Assembly: GCA_013824245.1 (NCBI GenBank)
Contig: PNNN01000039.1
Coordinates: 75,250 to 139,249 of the forward strand
Reading direction: 5' to 3'
DNA length: 64,000 nucleotides
Source of the DNA: Chlorobiaceae bacterium
GTDB lineage: Bacteria; Bacteroidota; Ignavibacteria; UBA10030; SZUA-254
In this document: piece after piece, positions 18,500-28,078 of the stretch
Numbering within the stretch: the stretch's first letter is position 1
Layout: each line of letters begins with the position of its first letter
Notes under the pieces: model-generated
Database searches by the model: none
What the model saw: the letters and a program-made list of their open reading frames with translations, nothing else
Told to the model about the DNA's origin: nothing
Translations under genes and position numbers: made by a program

Positions 18500-19444
18500 A
18501 TGAACGAATATACAACAACACGTCATAACGAATTAGTCGATCCTTCGCTTCATATTTGGGGATGGGAAATTCCGGTCTATCTTTTTATCGGCGGATTAGT
18601 TGCGGGGATGATGATTGTTACCGGATATTTTATCTTCAAAGGAAAATACAAAGATAAAGCATGTGTATGCAGAGTGCTTCCGCTGTTAGGAATGATAATT
18701 TTAAGCGCGGGTATGTTTGCGTTGTTCCTCGATCTTGAGCATAAGTTATATACGTGGAGATTGTATTTAACATTCAAAGTAGCTTCTCCAATGTCGTGGG
18801 GTGCGTGGATTCTTATTGTAGTTTACCCGGCAATGATTGCGAGTTTCCTTGTCAACGTACCAGAATATTTCTCGAATAAATTTCCATGGATGGATAAGAT
18901 TTCCGAAAAACTTCAACAGCATAAATACGCGGTTAAGAATATCGGTGTTGTCAATATGTTGTTGGGCGGATTGCTCGGTATTTACACCGGAGTACTTTTA
19001 AGCGCGTTAGGCGCGAGGCCCTTGTGGAACAGCCCGATGCTCTGGCTTCTCTTTTTAGTTTCGGGATTATCTGCCGCATCGGCATTTGTGCATATGGTTG
19101 CTAAAAGAGTAGATGAAAGAGAACTGCTTGCGAAAGCAGATAACGGTTTTTTGATACTCGAATTATTTGTAATCGCTTTGTTTTTTATCGGAATGGTTAC
19201 ATCTACAAAAGTTCATATCGATTCGGCGCTTGTACTTTTAAGCGGAATATATGCGCCCGCGTTCTGGGTTTTTGTTCTTGCGCTGGGGATTGTGATTCCG
19301 CTGATTATTCAATTATTGGCTGTCGATCATAAAATCAAACACACACCGGTTGCACCGATTATGGTAATTGTGGGCGGATTAGTTTTGAGGTTCGTCATTG
19401 TTTACGCCGGACAGTATACGCGTTGGGTAGATGCAGCATTTTAA
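18500..19444 (+). CDS. psrC: NrfD/PsrC membrane anchor
   Basis: WGWEIPVYLFIGGL; LFLDL; SPMSWGAW; YTGVLLS; RPLWN; GGLVLRFVIVYAGQ. Confidence 0.9.
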   Translation: MNEYTTTRHNELVDPSLHIWGWEIPVYLFIGGLVAGMMIVTGYFIFKGKYKDKACVCRVLPLLGMIILSAGMFALFLDLEHKLYTWRLYLTFKVASPMSWGAWILIVVYPAMIASFLVNVPEYFSNKFPWMDKISEKLQQHKYAVKNIGVVNMLLGGLLGIYTGVLLSALGARPLWNSPMLWLLFLVSGLSAASAFVHMVAKRVDERELLAKADNGFLILELFVIALFFIGMVTSTKVHIDSALVLLSGIYAPAFWVFVLALGIVIPLIIQLLAVDHKIKHTPVAPIMVIVGGLVLRFVIVYAGQYTRWVDAAF

Positions 19445-19451
19445 AAAACTG

Positions 19452-19509
19452 TTGCGATCTTTGCGTCTTGGCGTGAAATATTTTCTCGCAAAGGACGCTA
19501 AGATCGCAA
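19452..19509. repeat. Intergenic palindromic repeat inside the psr operon
   Basis: ttgcgatctttgcgtctt...aaggacgctaagatcgcaa; a related half copy is at ~35107-35130. Confidence 0.6.
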
Positions 19510-19542
19510 AGAGATTATCTAAAGTTTAATTAATATAAAAGG

Positions 19543-20094
19543 ATGAAATTTATGCAATCAACATCAACTGAAGTTCAACACGCTCCGAAGCCGTACTGGA
19601 ATCCGTATCTTTCCGGTATCGGTTTAGGACTTGTGCTTCTTTTATCGTACGTCATCATGGGGCGCGGGCTTGGTGCGTCAGGTGCATTCTCATCGCTTGT
19701 AGCGACGGGTGTCAGCACAATCGCACCTGAACATGCGAAGGCAAATGAATTCTACAATGAATATCTCGCAGATACAACGAAGAGTCCACTCAAAGACTGG
19801 CTCGTCTTCGAAGTGCTCGGAGTATTAGTTGGCGGATTTATCTCCGGTGCGCTCGCAGGGAGAATTAAAACGACAGTCGAGAAAGGTCCTCGCATTTCCG
19901 TTAAAGGCAGATTGTTCTACGCCTTCATTGGCGGAACAATTATGGGCATCGGCGCAAAACTTGCCCGCGGCTGCACCAGCGGTCAGGCGCTGACCGGTGG
20001 CGCGGTTCTTAACGTAGGCAGTTGGGCATTTATGCTTGCTGTCTTTGGTGGAGCTTACATGATTGCATACTTTTTTAGGAGACAATGGAAATGA
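19543..20094 (+). CDS. YeeE/YedE sulfur-compound transporter, half-size subunit 1
   Basis: WNPYLSGIGLG; GRGLGASG; GAKLARGCTSG. Confidence 0.88.
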   Translation: MKFMQSTSTEVQHAPKPYWNPYLSGIGLGLVLLLSYVIMGRGLGASGAFSSLVATGVSTIAPEHAKANEFYNEYLADTTKSPLKDWLVFEVLGVLVGGFISGALAGRIKTTVEKGPRISVKGRLFYAFIGGTIMGIGAKLARGCTSGQALTGGAVLNVGSWAFMLAVFGGAYMIAYFFRRQWK

Positions 20095-20690
20095 ACATAC
20101 CATTTTTTAAATATGGATTATTTGGTGATGATGTCAGTTTGGTCATCGCATTTATCATCGGTATTGGGTTTGGATTTTTCCTGGAGCGTGGCGGATTCGG
20201 CAATGGTAGAAAATTAGCCGCCCAATTCTACTTCAACGATTTAACTGTTTTCAAAGTAATGTTCACCGCAATCATTACTGCAATGGTCGGGATCTATTAT
20301 TTATCTGTAATTGGTTGGATGGATTTGTCGCTCGTATATGTAAGTCCAACATACATCGTTCCTCAAACAATCGGTGGATTGGTGCTCGGATTTGGATTCG
20401 TAATCGGTGGGTATTGTCCCGGCACTTCATGTGTATCAGCCGTAACGGGCAAGATCGACGGAATGGTTTATCTGCTCGGAATTGTTGTAGGAATTTTCGT
20501 CTTCGGAGAAATTTATCCGCTCGTGAGTAACTTTTATAACTCAACACCGATGGGGCAGATTACACTATCGCAGTTATTCAACATTCCGTACGGAATATTA
20601 GTGTTCGCCGTTGTGTTGATGGCAATCGGTGGATTTGCCGCTGCTGAATGGGCAGAAAAAAAACTTGGTAATAAAATAGTGGAGCCATAA
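20091..20690 (+). CDS. YeeE/YedE sulfur-compound transporter, half-size subunit 2
   Basis: GIGFGFFLERGGFG; FKVMFTAI; GGYCPGT; ATGA overlap gives start 20091. Confidence 0.88.
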   Translation: MNIPFFKYGLFGDDVSLVIAFIIGIGFGFFLERGGFGNGRKLAAQFYFNDLTVFKVMFTAIITAMVGIYYLSVIGWMDLSLVYVSPTYIVPQTIGGLVLGFGFVIGGYCPGTSCVSAVTGKIDGMVYLLGIVVGIFVFGEIYPLVSNFYNSTPMGQITLSQLFNIPYGILVFAVVLMAIGGFAAAEWAEKKLGNKIVEP

Positions 20691-20692
20691 TT

Positions 20693-21346
20693 ATGAAAAA
20701 CTATTTCCCAAAACTTTCGATGAATAAAAAACTTGCACTGATTGCATTTGTTCTCGGTTTGATTGCAGTCTTTGCCGGAAATCCTTATCGCGGAAATTCA
20801 GTTACAATGGACGCAAAAGAACTGGCGCTTATTATTGACAAACAAGCAGATCACGTATCTTCCGAAGAACTTGCCGATTGGATTGTTCAGGGAAAGAGCG
20901 ACTTCAAGCTTCTCGATCTTCGGACAGAAAGGGAGTTCAACGAATACCATATTCCTTCTGCAGAACTTGTTCCAATGACAGAATTGAATGAATATCCGCT
21001 TCTGCGAAACGAGAAACTCGTGTTGTATTCCGAAGGCGGAATCCATTCTGCACAAGCATGGATGTTGCTGAGAGCTAAAGGATACAAAGCAGTGTATATG
21101 TTGTTTGGCGGATTGGAAGAATGGACAGATAAAATTCTTTTCCCGAAGCTCGCACAAAACGCAACACCCGACCAGACTGCCGCATTTGAAAAGATGAAAG
21201 AAGTTAGCAAATTCTTTGGTGGCTCACCACAAGTCGGCGGTACGGCAGAAGAAATTTCTGCGAAGAAACTAATGCCAAAACTTGAAATGCCAAGCGGAAC
21301 ATCTGCGCCAACTGCGGGAAAGAAGAAAAAGAAAGAGGGTTGTTGA
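20693..21346 (+). CDS. Membrane-anchored rhodanese-like protein; Ser at the usual catalytic Cys position; ends KKKKKEGC
   Basis: N-terminal TM/signal; LLDLRTEREFNEYHIP; LVLYSEGGIHS; YMLFGGLEEW. Confidence 0.82.
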   Translation: MKNYFPKLSMNKKLALIAFVLGLIAVFAGNPYRGNSVTMDAKELALIIDKQADHVSSEELADWIVQGKSDFKLLDLRTEREFNEYHIPSAELVPMTELNEYPLLRNEKLVLYSEGGIHSAQAWMLLRAKGYKAVYMLFGGLEEWTDKILFPKLAQNATPDQTAAFEKMKEVSKFFGGSPQVGGTAEEISAKKLMPKLEMPSGTSAPTAGKKKKKEGC

Positions 21347-21382
21347 AACATTGTTGCAAATGAGGCAGGTAATATATATCTT
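21344..21382 (+). promoter_or_regulatory. Promoter with an overlapping metalloregulator-type palindrome
   Basis: TGAAACATTGTTGCA (21344-58), one mismatch from a TGCAAC-N3-GTTGCA palindrome, overlaps TTGCAA (-35, 21354-59); 17 bp; TATCTT (21377-82). Confidence 0.45.
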
Positions 21383-21388
21383 TAAACA

Positions 21389-21670
21389 ATGAAAAAGTTA
21401 CTTCCAAGCTTACTTGTTTTATATCTTATAGTTTTAATAGCTGGGTTATCTATTCATGTTCATGCAGATAATTTGAATGGACAGGAAGATAACTGTCCTG
21501 CCTGCCTTTTAGTACGAACAATTTATAATGCTTTGGTTCTTCAGCAGACAATTATTTTTATTCTGCAAATTCTGTTTGGTGTATCTTGCACCATCCTTTT
21601 ATTTTTTACCCCTCCATCAATACGCCTCTCACACGAAAGAGCGCCCCCATTCTCGACCCGTTACATTTAA
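21389..21670 (+). CDS. DUF2946-like small protein / putative regulatory leader (CxxC plus RAPP)
   Basis: Hydrophobic N-terminus; HVH..CPAC; C-terminal HERAPP; directly upstream of a metal-uptake operon. Confidence 0.65.
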   Translation: MKKLLPSLLVLYLIVLIAGLSIHVHADNLNGQEDNCPACLLVRTIYNALVLQQTIIFILQILFGVSCTILLFFTPPSIRLSHERAPPFSTRYI

Positions 21671-21775
21671 TTTAGATAATTATAAAATATTTGTTGGATC
21701 TTGACGAGGAATTACATTCTCGTTATCTGACATTTTTCGTTACTTAAATAAATTTTTTATAAAGGGGAAACAAAT

Positions 21776-23056
21776 ATGAATAAGTTGCCTTTTATTCTTA
21801 TTGCTCTTAGTATTTTAATAAATGTAAATCTTCCGGCTCAAACAGAACAACAATCGGGCGACAATCCGTTTTCACAATCTAAATTCGTCCCGGATATATC
21901 ATTCATTCTCGATGTATCATATTTGTATCGTGATATAAAGAATGATGACTACAATCTATTTGAAGTGCCGGGTTTGATTCACTCGACTCTAGAAGAATCT
22001 GCTCATGGTCATGAGCACGCCGAAATGAATGCAAGATCCGGATTTAATCTTAATTATGGTGAACTGGTTGTTGCCTCAACCGTGGATCCGTATTTTGATC
22101 TATTCGGAATATTCCATTTATCTTCTGAAGGATTTGGAATAGAAGAGGGTTATTTTTTAACCCGCTGCTTACCTCTCGGATTTCAGATTAAAGGCGGAAA
22201 GTTTTTAAGCAGCTTCGGACGAATCAACGAACAACACGCGCATTATTGGGCGTTTGCAAATATGCCTCTCGTCTATAAATCTTTCTTTGGCTCTCACGGA
22301 CTTAGTGAAATAGGTATGCAAATAAATTGGGTTGCGCCAACTGATTTTTATTTAATGTTCGGTAGTGAAATTCTTCAGGGAAATAATGAGGTAAGCTTTG
22401 GTGCAGACGGTTTTCAGGATCTTTCAGGTTCTATCAAAGTAAGCAGCAGCGATGCTCCGAATCTTTATACAGGTTTCATGAGAACATCGATTGATGTTGA
22501 CAACCTTACAGTGCTTGCCGGTATATCAGGAGCTTTTGGAAAAAGCCGATTGAATCACGGCATTGATACCGATGCACCCGATGGTCATGCGGCTTATGAA
22601 GATGCGAAAATCCTGAATGCTAATCTTACTTTGAAATATATTATTGAATCATACAGAGATATTACTTTTCAGACTGAGTTTCTTAATAAAATAACAAAAG
22701 GAGATTTATACTATAAAGATTCTATAGGAACCACTATGAAAGGAGATATAAGTAAGGATCAATCGGGCTTGTATTCGCAGTTGGTTTATAAATTTTCACA
22801 ATACTGGAGAATCGGTTTTCGCTACGATCTTTTAATGAAAAATGAAATTGTTAGAAACAGCAGCACGCTCGACCTTCCAGATTTTATGCCTCAATTATCG
22901 AGTATGATAGAATACAACCCCACCGAGTTTTCCCGCATCAGATTGCAGTATAATCATGATCGGACTAAATATTTCGAAGATAATCTAAAAATAAATAATG
23001 AAATTTTGCTGCAAATCAATTTAGCAATCGGCGCCCACGGCGCTCATTCTTTTTAA
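21776..23056 (+). CDS. Outer-membrane beta-barrel of the zinc-regulated receptor/porin type, with a His-rich loop
   Basis: Signal peptide; HGHEHAE; GFNLNYGEL; EEGYF; GKFLSSFGRINEQHAH; PTEFSRIRLQY; C-terminal IGAHGAHSF. Confidence 0.8.
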   Translation: MNKLPFILIALSILINVNLPAQTEQQSGDNPFSQSKFVPDISFILDVSYLYRDIKNDDYNLFEVPGLIHSTLEESAHGHEHAEMNARSGFNLNYGELVVASTVDPYFDLFGIFHLSSEGFGIEEGYFLTRCLPLGFQIKGGKFLSSFGRINEQHAHYWAFANMPLVYKSFFGSHGLSEIGMQINWVAPTDFYLMFGSEILQGNNEVSFGADGFQDLSGSIKVSSSDAPNLYTGFMRTSIDVDNLTVLAGISGAFGKSRLNHGIDTDAPDGHAAYEDAKILNANLTLKYIIESYRDITFQTEFLNKITKGDLYYKDSIGTTMKGDISKDQSGLYSQLVYKFSQYWRIGFRYDLLMKNEIVRNSSTLDLPDFMPQLSSMIEYNPTEFSRIRLQYNHDRTKYFEDNLKINNEILLQINLAIGAHGAHSF

Positions 23057-23072
23057 TTTGAAGGAGAAAAAA

Positions 23073-23966
23073 ATGAAAAACATAATGATCGTATTAATAA
23101 GTTTAATTCTTACAGGTTCAGTATTTCCAGATGAACTAAATGTTGTAACAACGTATCCGTATATCGCAAGTATCGTAGAGCAAATCGGTAAAGATAAGGT
23201 GAATGTTTTTGCTTTGGCGAATGGCGAATGGGATCCACATACTATAATACCCAAGCCATCATTCATAGCCAAACTTCGTAAAGCGGATATCCTGATATTA
23301 AATGGTGCACAACTTGAAATCGGTTGGTTGCCGCCATTGATGCGGCAGGCGAATAATTCTAAAATTCAAGTAGGCACACCGGGCATACTCGATTTATCGA
23401 AATATGTCGAGCTGATCGAAGTTCCTACTGCCATCTCACGTGCACAAGGCGATGTTCATCCCGATGGAAATCCACATTTCCATCTGGATTTTAAAAACAT
23501 TCCCAAAATTTCTACAGCTATTGCACATAAATTATTGGAAATCGATCCGGTTAATAAAGCAACCTATGAACAAAATAACAACGCATTTCTCGAAAAATTT
23601 TATCAGAAAGAAAAAGAATGGACTGCGGCGCTGGAAAAACTCAGGGGTACGAAGGTCATTGAATACCATAAGATTTATGATTACTTACTTCAAAGAGTCG
23701 GTTTCCAACTTGTGGGAACAATAGAACCCGTGCCGGGAATTTCTCCAACCTCGCGTCATATTGAATCGTTGGAGAAAATAATTTCTTCAAACGATGTAAA
23801 ATATATTTTGCAAGATGTTTATCACCCGGATGATGCTTCAAAATATCTTTCATCGAAACACAAGATTAAAATGATAATTATTCCCCATGACATCGGGTCT
23901 GTGAGTAATACAAATAATATCTTTGAATTTTTTGATGAAATTGTAAGGAGATTAATCGATGACTGA
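23073..23966 (+). CDS. Cluster A-I (ZnuA/TroA-like) metal-binding protein
   Basis: WDPHTI; NGAQLEIGWL; GDVHPDGNPHFHLD; IEPVPGISPTSRH. Confidence 0.88.
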   Translation: MKNIMIVLISLILTGSVFPDELNVVTTYPYIASIVEQIGKDKVNVFALANGEWDPHTIIPKPSFIAKLRKADILILNGAQLEIGWLPPLMRQANNSKIQVGTPGILDLSKYVELIEVPTAISRAQGDVHPDGNPHFHLDFKNIPKISTAIAHKLLEIDPVNKATYEQNNNAFLEKFYQKEKEWTAALEKLRGTKVIEYHKIYDYLLQRVGFQLVGTIEPVPGISPTSRHIESLEKIISSNDVKYILQDVYHPDDASKYLSSKHKIKMIIIPHDIGSVSNTNNIFEFFDEIVRRLIDD

Positions 23967-24714
23967 TATTCTGTTATCTGCATTTATTCTCTCCGTTGTT
24001 CTCGTCGGGATACATTCATATTTTGGATTAGAAATTATCCGTCGCGGCATAATTTTTACCGACCTTGCTATCGGACAGATGTCGGCAGTTGGTGCCGCTG
24101 TTTCTCTTTTATTCTTCGATGGCAATTATCTTTACCCCATTTCTCTTGCCTTTGCTCTCGTTGGCGGATACTTAATCGCTTACGTAACGAAAAAGGCAAA
24201 TAATGTTGAAGCATTTATCGGTCTTATGTATGCGTTGGGTGTTTCGGCTGTTTATATTATATTGTCAAAGACTCAACATGGAATGGAAGAATTCCAAAAA
24301 CTTATGGCGGCGGACATATTATTCACCCCTCTTGAAGAGATTGGAAAGGTAGCAGTAATCTATTCTATCCTTGGTGTATTTATTCTATATTTTCACCACA
24401 AGACAAAAGGTTTTATTAGAGACCTTCTTTTTTTTGTAACATTTTCGATTACTGTTACAAGTTCGGTAAAACTTGCAGGAGTTTTGGTTGTCTTTGCAAT
24501 TCTGGTTTCACCTTCTCTCATATCGTTATATATTGGGGAAAAAATGCTGCTTGCGAAGGCGTGGTTAATCGGAACATTAATAAATCTCATAGCGATAATA
24601 TTATCGTATAATCTTGATTTTCCAACAGGTTATGCTATAGTATTTTGCAACGCGTTTACGGCAGTTGCCGTTGCTTTGACGTCTAAGAAAATGAAAACCA
24701 TCGAAGTCTCTTAA
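23959..24714 (+). CDS. ZnuB/ABC-3-type metal permease
   Basis: HSYFGLEIIRRGIIFTDLAIGQ; EAFIGLMY; KLAGVLVVFAILVSP; DFPTG. Confidence 0.82.
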   Translation: MTDILLSAFILSVVLVGIHSYFGLEIIRRGIIFTDLAIGQMSAVGAAVSLLFFDGNYLYPISLAFALVGGYLIAYVTKKANNVEAFIGLMYALGVSAVYIILSKTQHGMEEFQKLMAADILFTPLEEIGKVAVIYSILGVFILYFHHKTKGFIRDLLFFVTFSITVTSSVKLAGVLVVFAILVSPSLISLYIGEKMLLAKAWLIGTLINLIAIILSYNLDFPTGYAIVFCNAFTAVAVALTSKKMKTIEVS

Positions 24715-24716
24715 AA
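24684..24716 (+). repeat. 33-bp direct repeat, copy 1 (permease 3' end)
   Basis: taagaaaatgaaaaccatcgaagtctcttaaaa; copy 2 at 28079-28111 with one mismatch. Confidence 0.85.
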
Positions 24717-25528
24717 TGAATAAAATAACCGTTTGTTTCTTGTGTGTATTAGTTTACATTTCTCAAATCTGTGCTACTGAAAAATCTAAGCATCTCGGAG
24801 ATAAATTTACAATAATGGAAGTGACTCCAATACGAGATTTAAATTCCTATCCTCAGAAGTATTACAATAAAAATGTTAAAATAGAAGGTATCATTGCTTC
24901 AGTGTGTAATGAAGAAGGTTGTTTTATTGAGGTCGTCCCGAAAGATGGTGATGGCGAAGGAATTTTAGTTAATTTCGATGGGTTGAAAGAAAAATTTCCC
25001 ATTGATTGTATTGGACGCATAGTTATTGTTGAGGGAATGTTTTATCAGAAAGTATATCCTGCTTCACGTGTAAAACACTGGCAGAAGCATTCATTTCGCA
25101 TGGGGAAAATAGTACCGGAATTTTCACTTATTAAACGAATTCTTGCAAAAGCTGTTTTAATCGAAGAACAAAAAATACCGTTACCGGATATAAATGAAAT
25201 AAGCGATTTTTCCCACACTAAAATAAATCTCAACATTATGGAATTCGAAACTGATGGATTTGGAATCGGTAAGAAAATTTTAAAACAAGGCGAAGTTACT
25301 GAGATGCACAATTCAGGTAATTATAGAGAAATTATCATTTGCCTGGAAGGTATAATCAGCGTGTCGAAATCAACAAATGAATCTATTAACCTTGCATCAG
25401 GTGAGATGACTTATATCCCGCCTGACACAAAACACGAGATAAAGAATATTTCAGATACAACCTCTGTATATATTTTTGTGAATTCAAGAAAACCAGAAAA
25501 TGAAAAAAGAATCACACACATTAAGTGA
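24716..25528 (+). CDS. DUF4920-like OB-fold domain fused to a C-terminal cupin
   Basis: VKIEGIIASVCNEEGCFIEV (DUF4920-like); HNSGNYREIIICLEG...GEMTYIPPDTKHEIKN cupin. Confidence 0.6.
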   Translation: MNKITVCFLCVLVYISQICATEKSKHLGDKFTIMEVTPIRDLNSYPQKYYNKNVKIEGIIASVCNEEGCFIEVVPKDGDGEGILVNFDGLKEKFPIDCIGRIVIVEGMFYQKVYPASRVKHWQKHSFRMGKIVPEFSLIKRILAKAVLIEEQKIPLPDINEISDFSHTKINLNIMEFETDGFGIGKKILKQGEVTEMHNSGNYREIIICLEGIISVSKSTNESINLASGEMTYIPPDTKHEIKNISDTTSVYIFVNSRKPENEKRITHIK

Positions 25529-25543
25529 ATATTTTTATGACAC

Positions 25544-25660
25544 TCAGAAGAGGTATCTACGAAATTGAATCAACCGTTGTACAAGTTATGAGCAAGTTTA
25601 CGAGAAATGACAAACGCTAGTCTTGTAAAATCTGAAGTTGATAAATATATCATTACTGAA
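25544..25660 (+). pseudogene. Decayed copy of the small wHTH gene at 29295-29510
   Basis: Translates SEEVSTKLNQPLYKL*ASLREMTNASLVKSEVDKYIITE versus AEDVSAKLNQPLFKVRASLREMTDAGLIKSEGDKYIITE; TGA at 25589. Confidence 0.8.
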
Positions 25661-25696
25661 GCTAGAAAGAATCATGAAAACCTAAAAAGAGTAAAA

Positions 25697-28024
25697 ATGA
25701 AATACTATAATATATTACGAGAATTCATAATCATTATTATGTTATTTCTTTCAACTAACATTTGGGCGACCAGCTTTACTGAGACTGAAAATAGTCGAAC
25801 GAGAGTAATCAGTGGTCGAATTATAAATGCCGATACTAAAGGACCTTTAGTTGGAGCGAATCTATTCGTTAAAAAAACAAATCGTGGTACTTACTCCGAT
25901 GAAGCAGGTTATTTTACTATTAAATTTACACCAGTAACCGACATAGAATTAAATATTTCATTGGTTGGTTATAAATCTATTGTAGTACAAATTCCGGCAG
26001 GTATTGAAAATATCGAAAATTTAATTCTTGAATTAAAACAAGGTATTATTGAAATGGGCGCCGTTGTAATTACCGGCACTATTTCTCCTCATCTTTACGA
26101 AGATAATCCTGTTAAAACAGAGGTAATTCCAAGAAGTGTGATTGAACAGCAGAGCGCTTGCAATCTTGCTCAGGCTTTGGGTTTGCAGACAGGCGTTTCT
26201 GTAGAAAACGATTGTAACAATTGCAACTTTACTCAAGTTAGAATACTTGGCTTTGAAGGTAAATATACTCAAATTCTTATTGACGGCGATCCAGTTATCA
26301 GTTCTTTAGGAGGGGTTTACGGTTTAGAGCATTATCCACAAGAAATGATAGAACAAATCGAAATAGTCAAAGGCGGCGGGTCGGCTCTTTACGGGGGCGG
26401 TGCTATTGCCGGAACGATTAATTTAATAACTAAAAAACCGGCATTTAATAGATCAAGAATCAATTATTTCGGAGGCTCAGTTGGCAGTTCTTATGATCAG
26501 CAAATCAGCGCTACTGCCGAGATGGTTAACAATGATAATACTTCTGGATTTTTTGTCTATGGTTCTACACGTTCAAGAAATCCTTACGACCGTAATGGAG
26601 ACGACTTTTCCGAACTTGGTGAACTCAAGAACGAAACTATTGGGTTTGACTGGTACTCTAATCCGTTTGAAGGGACCGAACTTCAAACTTCTTTTCATAG
26701 AATTTTTGAAGAAAGACGCGGCGGCGACAATTTCGATAGACCCGTTCACGAAGCCGGGATTGCCGAATGGATTCAACACTTTAAATATGGCGGTAAAATA
26801 AGATGGTCCCACAAATTAAGTCCGGTTTTTGAATATAGAATTAACTATGCTTTCAGCTTGCTGCGCAGGAATTCTTATTACGGCGGGCTTTCTGATACTA
26901 CCGTAGAAGCTCGTTTACAAGCTCTTAATTATTACGGTTTTTCAAATAATCCTTTGCATACCGGCGGCATTCAGTTAAACTATATTTCCGGTTCTCATTC
27001 TATCACCGGTGGTGTTCAATATGATAACGATAGGATTGATGATAAAAGTGTTTCTAACTCTGCTTATTTCGTTAAAGAAACTTTCAAAAACTTAGGCATT
27101 TTTGTTCAGGATGATTTTTTAGTTGAAAAACTTAATTCATTACAAGTAGTTGCAGGCATACGCTTTGATCAACACTCTGCGCTTGATAATTGGATTATCA
27201 GTCCCCGACTTAATTTAAGTTATGAACTAACCAAAGGATTGAAACTACGTGCAGGATACACGACCGGCTTCAAGGCTCCACAGATATTTGACGAAGATTT
27301 ACATATATGTGGATTAGAAGGGACGCAGCGTGTAATTCGTAATTCGCCCGGTTTAAAAGAAGAGAGAAGTAACTCCTTTACAGTAGGCGCCGAGTTTCAA
27401 GATTTTGTTAACGACATCCCTTTATTGATTGGTGTAACCGGATTTTATACAAAATTAGATGGAGCTTATACAAATCGATTTATTTCTTCGAGTGGAACAA
27501 TAGAATACTGGGAGCGGATCAACAGTATTGGCGCTGATGCTAAGGGAATTGAAGTTGATATCGGAATTAAACCTATCGATAATTTAGAGTTAAAAATAGG
27601 AATTACTCTGAAAGAAAATAACTATAAGGATTTTCTAACTGATTTCCATACGAAGAACTTTTTAAGAACTCCAAATTCATTTGGATACTTACGCTCTACG
27701 TACAATTTTACTTCAGAATTCAACGCCTTTTTCTCGATGAAGTATACTGGTAAGATGGATGTTCCCCACGAAATAGTTGTTGGAGGACAAGATGAACCGC
27801 TTCTTGTTTTATCAAGAAGTCAAAACTTTTTTGAATTCGACTTTTCAGCCAGATACAAGTTTGAAATATTTAGCGATCTTTCTGCCAATGTTACTACCGG
27901 AATAAAAAATTTAACCGATACTTATCAAAAAGATTTGGATTACGGAATAAAGAGAGACCCGGGATATGTTTATGGACCATCATCACCAAGAACTTATTTT
28001 GTTTCATTAGAATTAAATATGTGA
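25697..28024 (+). CDS. TonB-dependent receptor with N-terminal carboxypeptidase-regulatory-like domain and CNNC/HICG metal motifs
   Basis: ISGRIINADTKGPLVGAN; ENDCNNCNFTQVRILG; IEIVKGGGSALYGGGAIAGTIN; DEDLHICG; C-terminal YVYGPSSPRTYF. The ORF-track start 25607 is the pseudogene relic. Confidence 0.9.
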   Translation: MKYYNILREFIIIIMLFLSTNIWATSFTETENSRTRVISGRIINADTKGPLVGANLFVKKTNRGTYSDEAGYFTIKFTPVTDIELNISLVGYKSIVVQIPAGIENIENLILELKQGIIEMGAVVITGTISPHLYEDNPVKTEVIPRSVIEQQSACNLAQALGLQTGVSVENDCNNCNFTQVRILGFEGKYTQILIDGDPVISSLGGVYGLEHYPQEMIEQIEIVKGGGSALYGGGAIAGTINLITKKPAFNRSRINYFGGSVGSSYDQQISATAEMVNNDNTSGFFVYGSTRSRNPYDRNGDDFSELGELKNETIGFDWYSNPFEGTELQTSFHRIFEERRGGDNFDRPVHEAGIAEWIQHFKYGGKIRWSHKLSPVFEYRINYAFSLLRRNSYYGGLSDTTVEARLQALNYYGFSNNPLHTGGIQLNYISGSHSITGGVQYDNDRIDDKSVSNSAYFVKETFKNLGIFVQDDFLVEKLNSLQVVAGIRFDQHSALDNWIISPRLNLSYELTKGLKLRAGYTTGFKAPQIFDEDLHICGLEGTQRVIRNSPGLKEERSNSFTVGAEFQDFVNDIPLLIGVTGFYTKLDGAYTNRFISSSGTIEYWERINSIGADAKGIEVDIGIKPIDNLELKIGITLKENNYKDFLTDFHTKNFLRTPNSFGYLRSTYNFTSEFNAFFSMKYTGKMDVPHEIVVGGQDEPLLVLSRSQNFFEFDFSARYKFEIFSDLSANVTTGIKNLTDTYQKDLDYGIKRDPGYVYGPSSPRTYFVSLELNM

Positions 28025-28078
28025 TTAAAATATAGAAAATTTACATCACTCTTATTTTACTCTAATCATTAATAGAAG

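Noticed and set aside
21344-21346. Selenocysteine read-through of the rhodanese TGA after Cys
   Set aside because: No SECIS-like hairpin seen, and the downstream DNA is better explained as the next promoter/operator.
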